In this document: in pieces, positions 8,090-14,720 of the stretch | How positions within the stretch are numbered: position 1 is the first letter of the stretch | How the letters are laid out: each line of letters begins with the position of its first letter | Notes under the pieces: generated by a model | Databases searched by the model: none | What the model was told of the DNA's origin: nothing | The model's input: only the letters and a program-made list of their open reading frames with translations | Position numbers and translations under genes: made by a program | Assembly: GCA_020063075.1 (NCBI GenBank) | Contig: JAGUVE010000030.1 | Coordinates: 1-26,190 of the forward strand | Direction of reading: 5' to 3' | Source of the DNA: Parcubacteria group bacterium | Lineage (GTDB): Bacteria; Patescibacteriota; Minisyncoccia; Minisyncoccales; JAGUVE01 | DNA length: 26,190 nucleotides

Positions 8090-8635
8090 ATGTCTGTGAA
8101 AAATAAAAAAATTTTAGTTGGTGCGAGCGCCGGAATTTCAATTTACAAAACCTGCCTTTTGGTAAGATTATTTATGAAGCAGGGCGCCCAAGTAAAAGTG
8201 GTGATGACCGAATCCGCGGCAAAACTCATTTCGCCGGTTGTTTTTCACTCCTTAACCCAATCCCCTGTTTGTGTCTCAATGTTTGAGCCAGAACTGGGCT
8301 TGGAGCACATAAATTTGGCAAAGTGGGCCGATGCTTTTGTTTTGGCTCCAGCCACCGCCAACACCATCGCAAAAATAGCCCAAGGCATTGCCGACAATCT
8401 TTTAACCACGATTATTTTAGCACTGCCTGAAAAAACGCCTTTGATTGTCGCGCCGGCTATGAACGACAATATGTGGAAAAATGTTTTTGTCAAAGAAAAT
8501 GTCGCCAAATTAAAAAAAAGAAGAAATTGTTATATTGTCGGCCCAAAAACCGGTGTTCTGGCTGACGGAAAAGAGGGCGAAGGAAGAATGGCGGAACCCG
8601 AAGAAATTTTTAAGGTTGCTAAAAAAAATATTTAA
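8090..8635 (+). CDS. coaC: Phosphopantothenoylcysteine decarboxylase (stand-alone CoaC half of CoaBC, HFCD flavoprotein)
   Basis: KILVGASAGISIYK, VKVVMTESA, EHINLAKWAD, APATANTIAKIAQGIADNLL, APAMN, GEGRMAEP. Confidence 0.9.
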   Translation: MSVKNKKILVGASAGISIYKTCLLVRLFMKQGAQVKVVMTESAAKLISPVVFHSLTQSPVCVSMFEPELGLEHINLAKWADAFVLAPATANTIAKIAQGIADNLLTTIILALPEKTPLIVAPAMNDNMWKNVFVKENVAKLKKRRNCYIVGPKTGVLADGKEGEGRMAEPEEIFKVAKKNI

Positions 8636-8638
8636 AGT

Positions 8639-10858
8639 ATGGAGGAAAGCATTGAAAATATTTTAAAAAAAACGGAAAAACGGATAGAAGAAAGAATAAA
8701 AGAGGAAAAATACGAGCAGAGGTATTTGAAAAATTTGGACATAAACGAACCCGTAAGTGTAAGCGATGACGCTTTTCCTGACGCAAGCAGAGTTAGAGTA
8801 AAAGATGTAAAGGCCGGGGAAACGGCATTTTGGAGCGCGGTTTATTGCGAAGCAGACAAGGTTGAAGCAGAAAGGGCGTTTGAACACGCAGGGGATTGCC
8901 GGGCAAAAGAAGTGAAGGCAGGTGTGGCATTTTCCGAGGCGAAAAACTGCCAAGCGGAAAAGGTTGTTGCAGATTCCGCATTTTATGGTGCAGAAAATTG
9001 CCAAGCAGACGAGGTAGATGCTGATATAGCATTTCCCTTTGCGATAGATTGCCAAGCAAATAAAGTTAAAGCTGAGGGTGTTTTTGCGAGAGCAAAAAAT
9101 TGCCAAGTAAATAAAGTTGAGGCTAAATTTCATGCTTTTGAAGAAGCCGAAAAATTTCTTGTGAAAGAAGAAATTAAATCCGGAAAGATGGGCGAACGAT
9201 CTCGGGGTGGCGTGATGCTTGGTGAAATTAAAAAGGGTGAAATTTTTCCTTCGGTTATTTTAATGAAAGATAAGGTAAAAGACGACCCATCTAAAGTGAA
9301 AGAATTCTTTGAAAACGAAATGGAAAAAGCCCGCAACAAAGAGGGTAATATCTTTGATAAACTTTCTTATTTTAACTGGGAAGGAAAAACTTTAGAAGAG
9401 GGGGAGAAAAAACTTAAAGAACGTTATGACGGGTTTATTAATGTCTTATTCAATAGATTTAAAGATGAATATTACCTTGCTTTCTTGTCAATGACCGAAA
9501 CTAAATTCAAGAAAAATTTTTATTTAATGCTGGATAATACTTTAAAAAAGGAGGGTTTAAAAGATTCATATTTTTATTATCTCGTTGATGATAATTCCAA
9601 AAGACAAGAAATTTTTGAGGGATTTTTTAAATCAGAGAAGGTAGAAAAAAAATCTCTTCAAGAACTAAATGATTATTTACCAAAATTTAAAGAAACAAAA
9701 GAACACCTTAATCTTCTCTCTTTGAAGAACTGGGTAAAATTAGGAAATCTGGCTGAGTTTTTGAATTTTGATAAAAAAAGAATTGATAACATTAAACAGG
9801 ATATTGAAAAAGTTGAGCTCGGCAAAATGGTTGAAAACCCCGACGAATTTAATAATTGGAAAACGGCGAAAAAGATAAAACAATTTGAGCGTTTGGGGAA
9901 AAGATTTAACACTCAGCAATTAATTAAGGAGTTTGAAAAAGAAAAAGAAGGCAAAATAAATTCAGGCATCAAAGAATATATTTTAAATTCTCCGGAAAAA
10001 AATCTTGATAATTATTTAAAAAAAATCGGCTGGAAAGGCGAGGAAAACGAAGACATTATTTTTGCCGCCAGATTGCATAAGGTCTTAGCAAATAAAGGCG
10101 AAACGAAAAACAAAGAGGTTTTGGAAAAATTGCTCAAGGGCAAAAACCCTCTTGACTTTAAAGAAAATAAACTTTGGTTAGATGAAATGAAAGACAAAAT
10201 CAACGCTGAAAAATGGCTTTCTCATAAGCAAAAGGATTATGTGCCAATCGGCAAAAAAGATTATTCGGTTTCTCTGGAAAAAAGCAGAGCAGAACAACTT
10301 AATGAAGTAGTAAGGCATTTTAAAGAAATCGGCATAGAAATTAACCCGGAAATACAGGAAATTGAAAAAATTTTTTCTGAAAAAATAAAAGATATGCCGC
10401 AAAATATAATAAAAGATATAAAGAATCATATTCAGGCATATAAGTCAGGTTTAGGTATAGAAAAAAGCGCTTTGCCCAAAAAAATTATTTTGGAAACCGA
10501 AGAAAATCCGCTAAAAATAATTCAGATGGGCGAAAAAGTGGCAGGTTCCTGCTTGGCAATCAGAGGAGGACATGAAGAAAGCGCGGTCTGCAACGCGGCG
10601 GACATTAACAAAAAAATCATCTGGGCAAAAGATGAAAAAGGAGAGATATTAGGCGGGATTTTGGTAGGCATTACCGACGAAGGAAAATTAGCCCAGTTTA
10701 GGGTTTTTAATAATAACCCCCGTTTAGACGTGGAATCTTGCTATAAAGATTTTATTTCTGAATTTGCCGGCGAACTCAAAACCGAAATTACATCAAAAGG
10801 AAATATAAAAGAACTCGTTGGCGAGAATTGGTACGATGATAGAGTGGTGAAATTATAA
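8639..10858 (+). CDS. Hypothetical 739-aa protein: N-terminal 17-aa Cys-ladder repeats, helical middle, C-terminal MG..SCL..G...NAAD.NK domain
   Basis: Long ORF 3 nt after the coaC stop and 5 nt before the coaB start; no signal peptide or TM segment visible. Confidence 0.85.
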   Translation: MEESIENILKKTEKRIEERIKEEKYEQRYLKNLDINEPVSVSDDAFPDASRVRVKDVKAGETAFWSAVYCEADKVEAERAFEHAGDCRAKEVKAGVAFSEAKNCQAEKVVADSAFYGAENCQADEVDADIAFPFAIDCQANKVKAEGVFARAKNCQVNKVEAKFHAFEEAEKFLVKEEIKSGKMGERSRGGVMLGEIKKGEIFPSVILMKDKVKDDPSKVKEFFENEMEKARNKEGNIFDKLSYFNWEGKTLEEGEKKLKERYDGFINVLFNRFKDEYYLAFLSMTETKFKKNFYLMLDNTLKKEGLKDSYFYYLVDDNSKRQEIFEGFFKSEKVEKKSLQELNDYLPKFKETKEHLNLLSLKNWVKLGNLAEFLNFDKKRIDNIKQDIEKVELGKMVENPDEFNNWKTAKKIKQFERLGKRFNTQQLIKEFEKEKEGKINSGIKEYILNSPEKNLDNYLKKIGWKGEENEDIIFAARLHKVLANKGETKNKEVLEKLLKGKNPLDFKENKLWLDEMKDKINAEKWLSHKQKDYVPIGKKDYSVSLEKSRAEQLNEVVRHFKEIGIEINPEIQEIEKIFSEKIKDMPQNIIKDIKNHIQAYKSGLGIEKSALPKKIILETEENPLKIIQMGEKVAGSCLAIRGGHEESAVCNAADINKKIIWAKDEKGEILGGILVGITDEGKLAQFRVFNNNPRLDVESCYKDFISEFAGELKTEITSKGNIKELVGENWYDDRVVKL
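8771..9183 (+). repeat. Intragenic tandem repeat, 51-bp (17-aa) period, about 8 units, consensus xAFxxAxxCxAxxVxAx
   Basis: TGC codons at 8846, 8897, 8948, 8999, 9050 and 9101 (exact 51-bp spacing); TGCCAAG conserved in the last four. Confidence 0.85.
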
Positions 10859-10863
10859 AAATT

Positions 10864-11532
10864 ATGGTTAAAAGTTTAAAAAATAAAAAAATTTTAATCA
10901 CGGGGGGGCCGGTCTGGGTTCCGCTTGATAAAATAAGGGTTATTACCAATGTTTTTACGGGCGCTTTGGGTTTATTAATTGCCAAAGAAGCCGCTAAAAA
11001 CGGGGCGATGGCAACCCTGCTTTTGGGGCCCAGTCCCCTGCCCCTTCCAACAAAATTGCCTAAAAATTTGAAAATAATTCGCTTCAATTTTTTTGAGGAA
11101 CTCTGTAAATTAATGAAAAAAGAAATATCTTCTAAACAATATGACATTGTTATTCATTCAGCCGCCGTAGCTGATTTTATTCCCAAAGAGAGCCGAGCGG
11201 GAAAAATAAGCTCAACTAAAAATAACCTGACCGTAAGATTAAAACCGACCCAAAAAATAGCGGATAAAATCAAAGTTTGGGCAAAAAAAGCGTTCCTGGT
11301 GAATTTTAAACTTGAAGTTAATTCAGCCAAAAAAGAACTAATAAAAAAAGCCCGGAAATGTATGCTTGCGTCAAGGGCTGATTTAATGGTGGCTAATGAT
11401 TATAAAGATATAAATATAAAAAAGGGCGGACACAAGGCGTTTATTGTGGACCGCGCGGGAAATATCATCTCCTGCCGGACAAAAAAAGAAATCGCCGAAA
11501 AACTTTTAGAGGCGATTTTAGAAAAAATCTAA
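10864..11532 (+). CDS. coaB: Phosphopantothenate--cysteine ligase (stand-alone CoaB half), divergent
   Basis: KILITGGP..PLD..RVITN, HSAAVADF, GKISS, L.PT.KI, FKLE, DLMVAND. Confidence 0.82.
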   Translation: MVKSLKNKKILITGGPVWVPLDKIRVITNVFTGALGLLIAKEAAKNGAMATLLLGPSPLPLPTKLPKNLKIIRFNFFEELCKLMKKEISSKQYDIVIHSAAVADFIPKESRAGKISSTKNNLTVRLKPTQKIADKIKVWAKKAFLVNFKLEVNSAKKELIKKARKCMLASRADLMVANDYKDINIKKGGHKAFIVDRAGNIISCRTKKEIAEKLLEAILEKI

Positions 11533-11533
11533 T

Positions 11534-12217
11534 CTAAATTTCTAATTTTTGAATTTTACTTTTAAAACTTTCCCAACCTATTTCTTTCTCTCCGGCTGAA
11601 CGGCAAATATCCTTAAACTGACAATATCGACACTGCCAGTTGTCCGGATAATCGGGCAACCGCAAGGGAACTATGTCGCCCTCAATTTTTGCTTTAATTT
11701 GAGCTAAATCGTTTAAAAGTTTTTGACAACGAAGCGGGTCATAATTTATTACAAATTCTTTTAACTGGGAAGTATTTTTATTCATATATAAAAGAATCCC
11801 TTTTGGAATTTTGAAAAAATGCAAATAGAGCTGGATTTGATTGATGTTTTCTTCTTTCGCCGCCTCTAATTTTTGAAAAATCATACTGTTCATACTCTTG
11901 AAATCAACCACATAAAGTTCGTTGTTTAAAGTAATGATAGCGTCGGCTCTGCCTGAAATCATTTCTTGGGGCGGGATATTTATTTCCGAAGCCCTAACTA
12001 CGCCCAAACTAAACAAGGTATTTAAAATCTGCATTTGGACATAGTCGCCGTGGTCAAACATTCTCAGAACCTCGGGCGTCATTTTCTCTCTCGGCACATT
12101 TTTAAACTTAAAAAAAACCGCCCGGCCGCATTTTCCGGCATCGGTAATGTAAAAACGGTGCTGTTCTCTGTCTCTTTCCCGGTCAGAATAAAATTTATCA
12201 ATAATTTCTTTTAGCAT
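11534..12217 (-). CDS. Solo Cas4-like PD-(D/E)XK nuclease with predicted 4Fe-4S cysteines
   Basis: KCGR (Cys1), SGRADAII...VVDFKS, QIQLY, C-terminal CRYCQFKDIC; no other cas gene or array in the window. Confidence 0.8.
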   Translation of the reverse strand: MLKEIIDKFYSDRERDREQHRFYITDAGKCGRAVFFKFKNVPREKMTPEVLRMFDHGDYVQMQILNTLFSLGVVRASEINIPPQEMISGRADAIITLNNELYVVDFKSMNSMIFQKLEAAKEENINQIQLYLHFFKIPKGILLYMNKNTSQLKEFVINYDPLRCQKLLNDLAQIKAKIEGDIVPLRLPDYPDNWQCRYCQFKDICRSAGEKEIGWESFKSKIQKLEI

Positions 12218-12225
12218 TATTTATC

Positions 12226-12254
12226 ATTATATATATCTTCGTTGTTTTTTGCAA
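12226..12254 (-). promoter_or_regulatory. sigma70 promoter of the Cas4-like gene
   Basis: TTGCAA (12254-12249), N17, TATAAT (12231-12226), 8 nt, ATG (12217). Confidence 0.75.
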
Positions 12255-12279
12255 ATAAAAAATCGCCATTTTGGCGATT
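12253..12279 (-). terminator. Intrinsic terminator after the TA operon; left copy of the island-bounding direct repeat
   Basis: AATCGCCA-AAA-TGGCGATT hairpin followed by TTTTATTT on the minus strand. Confidence 0.75.
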
Positions 12280-12324
12280 AATCTTTATAAAACCACGGGT
12301 CTCTAATTGTAATCCCTTGAATTT

Positions 12325-12585
12325 TTAACAATCTTTATAAATATTTTTCCGATGGCCAACTTTTAAAATAGTTATTTTATGATTTTCTACATCAAAAAGT
12401 ACTCTATAATCCCCTATCCGAAATCGATATTCCCCAAATCTATAATCTTTTAATTTCTCAGCGAATCTTAAGGGATTTTCTTGGAGAGAATAAAATTTGA
12501 GTTTCTTTAAAATTCTTTGGCGAATTTGAAGCGGTAACTTATCTATTTCTTTTGCCGCTTTCTTTTTAAATTCAAAAATGAGCAC
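12325..12585 (-). CDS. RelE/ParE-family type II toxin
   Basis: 86 aa, GTG start; YRFRIGDYRVLFDV and ILKVGHRKNIY are RelE hallmarks. Confidence 0.88.
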   Translation of the reverse strand: MLIFEFKKKAAKEIDKLPLQIRQRILKKLKFYSLQENPLRFAEKLKDYRFGEYRFRIGDYRVLFDVENHKITILKVGHRKNIYKDC

Positions 12586-12600
12586 AAATTTACACTGGCT

Positions 12601-12822
12601 TTAAACGCGATGCTTTTTAAGTAGTTTTTCTAAAGATACGGCTTTCTTTTCTTTTCTTCTTTTATTAATTTCTCTAGCTAAACTCTCCGAACGATACATC
12701 TCTAAATCTTCTAATTCCTCTTCAACTTTCTTCCATTTTTCTAAAGGTAAAATCACTACGCCTTCTTTCTCTCTAATGGCAGATTTTGGTAAAGTTATGC
12801 TTTTTGTATTTTGAACAGCCAT
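12601..12822 (-). CDS. Putative cognate antitoxin
   Basis: 73 aa directly upstream of the toxin; VVILPLEKW...LEDLEMY...VSLEKLLKK pattern. Confidence 0.7.
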   Translation of the reverse strand: MAVQNTKSITLPKSAIREKEGVVILPLEKWKKVEEELEDLEMYRSESLAREINKRRKEKKAVSLEKLLKKHRV

Positions 12823-12830
12823 ACAAAATT

Positions 12831-12858
12831 ATTGTAGCAAAATAAAACATTATGTCAA
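12831..12858 (-). promoter_or_regulatory. sigma70 promoter of the TA operon
   Basis: TTGACA (12858-12853), N16 ending in TGC, TACAAT (12836-12831), 8 nt, ATG (12822). Confidence 0.75.
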
Positions 12859-12931
12859 AATCTACAAAAGTAGAAATTGGATATATCTATTAGACAAAAA
12901 AATGCACAAAATTTTGCAAAATATATTATGA

Positions 12932-13025
12932 TTATTTAAACGATTTATTTAAAGCGCTTTTCAAAAATTCTTTGAGCTTTGATTTTTACCTCTCCTAATT
13001 TTTTTGTTAGCTAATTCGTTTTCAT
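12932..13025 (-). pseudogene. Remnant of a type I R-M specificity gene (hsdS): 5' end joined to a probable 3' end
   Basis: ATG at 13025 overlaps the TGA of the 198-aa ORF and reads MKTN*LTKKLGEV (TAG where HsdS has W in W..KKLGEV); a second frame gives KLKEFLKSALNKSFK*. Confidence 0.55.
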
Positions 13026-13618
13026 ATAAGGGTATTGGATATACTGAACACAAACAACAAAAGGCCTAAACCAAAAATAAATAGAAATAAATAATACAAT
13101 TTATTTAGCAGAGCAGAGTGTTGGGTAATTGGTTTAACTTCCTGTCCGTAAACTTTTTTACTTTCTTCTTTAATGTTGAGATAATTTTCAATATGTTCTC
13201 TTTTGAGCGTTCCGTCTATTGCCTGTGAATAGATGCCAACCACTTCTTTTAGTTGCCGATTAAGAAGCTTTTGCTCGGCATCGTTTTGCAATTTACTATG
13301 CACCCCTCCTTTTTCGTTAGAAAAAATAATTAAGCCAATACCATAAAAAGCGCTCACCATCAGTAGAGCAACTGATACGATAGAGAGATAATCCGCCATT
13401 TCATTGCTTGCATAAATCGGAAATACTATAGCGACCATTGCGATTGCTAGTGATGAAAAAGCAACTATTGATGCATGCTTGCGCTCTATAATACGGTTCT
13501 CCCTATTCTCAAATTCAAACATCCGTTGAATTGAAAGACTGGTTAAAACATCTCGGGTCGTTCTAAATTCATCCTGTGCTAATTTGAGTTCTTTTCCGTC
13601 CATAAATTTATTTTCCAA
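13022..13618 (-). CDS. Hypothetical membrane protein (about 3 TM segments); start may be ATG 13603
   Basis: 198-aa ORF with hydrophobic stretches IVAFSSLAIAMVAIVF, LSIVSVALLMVSAFYGIGLIIF and YYLFLFIFGLGLLLFVFSI. Confidence 0.7.
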   Translation of the reverse strand: MENKFMDGKELKLAQDEFRTTRDVLTSLSIQRMFEFENRENRIIERKHASIVAFSSLAIAMVAIVFPIYASNEMADYLSIVSVALLMVSAFYGIGLIIFSNEKGGVHSKLQNDAEQKLLNRQLKEVVGIYSQAIDGTLKREHIENYLNIKEESKKVYGQEVKPITQHSALLNKLYYLFLFIFGLGLLLFVFSISNTLI

Positions 13619-13645
13619 TTTTTGTTGGCAAAGTCATAATCAACC

Positions 13646-14503
13646 CTACTTTAATTTAAGTTTGAATTTGTTATGGTACTGATAATTATATAACTTTTCT
13701 ATAAAATTCGTTTTCTTCTCGCGAGATTCTTTTGCGAAAAATTCTTTTATCTTCTTATCCAGCCAAATCGAGGACTTTTCGCACGAAAGCAAAATTAAAA
13801 AGAAAAGCAAAACAATGGATGGGTTTGATAATGAAAATTCTCCAAAGGCCCAAAGATGTCCTAGAAAAACAGCGGAAGGAAAGGCCACCAATAGAATAGC
13901 GAAAAGTATATTCTTTGATATGTAAAAGTATTTGAAGAATGGCTCTATATTCTTTTCTTCATCTTTTACGGGTTGGTTCTCGCGACTAAAATGATACTTA
14001 TCAATCGATACTCTCACTCTTTCGTAATGTTTTTCTGATAGCCAAAATAAAATTTTCAATACTAAATTGATCAGCGTATTTAGTTTTCGTTTGAAAAAAA
14101 GTCGATCAGCCAAATGATTAGCTGCTAAAATTTCTACAAACTCGTTAAGGGTAAAACTTTGATTCCTTTGCCGATAGACTACTCTCCTGGTTGTGCTGTC
14201 GAAAACGATTGGTTCTTCGCTGTCGGAGAAAAAGTTTGTGATTTTTCTTTTATACTCATTTCCATCGGAAATAATATAGCTCGTTGATTCTTCTCTTTTT
14301 TCGGGCCTGGTCATATTTACCGAATAGAAAAAATCCCGATCAAGAACGGCGACCTTGATAAACATCCGCCTTCTATCCTTGAAATAAATGGTATCTTTGG
14401 GGTAATAGCGAATCAGCGAAAAACCAGTTTCGTTCGCAAATGAGGTGATTGATTCATCTACGCCTTGACGGATGTAGAGTTTTGTAAATTCTTCACTGTT
14501 CAT
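13646..14503 (-). CDS. Hypothetical protein with soluble N-terminal domain and about 2 C-terminal TM segments
   Basis: 285-aa ORF; ATGA overlap with the upstream hsdM-like remnant. Confidence 0.72.
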   Translation of the reverse strand: MNSEEFTKLYIRQGVDESITSFANETGFSLIRYYPKDTIYFKDRRRMFIKVAVLDRDFFYSVNMTRPEKREESTSYIISDGNEYKRKITNFFSDSEEPIVFDSTTRRVVYRQRNQSFTLNEFVEILAANHLADRLFFKRKLNTLINLVLKILFWLSEKHYERVRVSIDKYHFSRENQPVKDEEKNIEPFFKYFYISKNILFAILLVAFPSAVFLGHLWAFGEFSLSNPSIVLLFFLILLSCEKSSIWLDKKIKEFFAKESREKKTNFIEKLYNYQYHNKFKLKLK

Positions 14504-14583
14504 AACAATTTTTTAATTTCACCCAGCGCCGAGTTGAGCCTTTTCTCTCCAGTTTCAATCTCCTTCAAAATTTCTTCCGGCTC
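14500..14583 (-). pseudogene. 3' remnant of a type I R-M modification gene (hsdM C-terminal helix)
   Basis: Reads EPEEILKEIETGEKRLNSALGEIKKLL*; TGA overlaps the next ATG; the upstream codon is a stop. Confidence 0.55.
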
Positions 14584-14627
14584 TCAACAATTTTTATCTC
14601 CCCTGGCGTTAGGCCGTAGAGTTTATA
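14565..14627 (-). pseudogene. 3' remnant of a type IIG/Eco57I-like R-M gene
   Basis: Reads YKLYGLTPGEIKIVE, matching the recurrent C-terminal YxLYGLTxEEIxIVE motif of these enzymes; no upstream gene body. Confidence 0.6.
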
Positions 14628-14637
14628 ATCCCTTAAG

Positions 14638-14684
14638 TTATCCACAGTTGACTACTACTCTGCGTTCTAAAAATGTTCTATAAT
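14638..14684 (+). promoter_or_regulatory. Upstream region of lexA-MTase: perfect DnaA box, GTTC-N7-GTTC direct repeat and TATAAT
   Basis: TTATCCACA 14638-14646; TTGACT 14648-14653; GTTC 14664-14667 and 14675-14678; TATAAT 14679-14684 (too far from TTGACT for one canonical promoter). Confidence 0.45.
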
Positions 14685-14720
14685 ATAATTGTAGCATATA
14701 AAAGCGAACCGTCAATAATT

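Noticed and set aside
8828-9130. 51-bp periodicity as a possible CRISPR array for the nearby Cas4-like gene
   Set aside because: Units are degenerate in a codon-wise manner, lie in an open frame and have no repeat-spacer structure
6544-11147. Small alternative-frame and antisense ORFs across the CoA operon (e.g. 8663-9133, 8793-9059, 10788-11147)
   Set aside because: Shadows of longer motif-bearing genes; periodicity is explained by the 51-bp coding repeat
12586-12603. Antitoxin and toxin are in the same frame, separated by one TAA and five sense codons (possible readthrough fusion)
   Set aside because: One-in-three chance; TAA is a poor readthrough codon; the toxin has its own GTG start
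13601-13637. ATGACTTTGCCAACAAAAATTGGAAAATAAA (minus strand), resembling another HsdS start (MTLPTNWKI) between the two cargo genes
   Set aside because: Needs a frameshift to read that way and is too short to distinguish from chance; noted only as a possibility
14465-14720. ORF 14465-14683 (+) and the 16-codon N-terminal extension of the LexA fusion from 14673
   Set aside because: The plus-strand ORF is antisense to the R-M remnants; the extension overlaps the TATAAT, and LexA homology starts at Met 14721
14638-14720. Possible replication origin
   Set aside because: Only one DnaA box, no box cluster, and no dnaA/dnaN context
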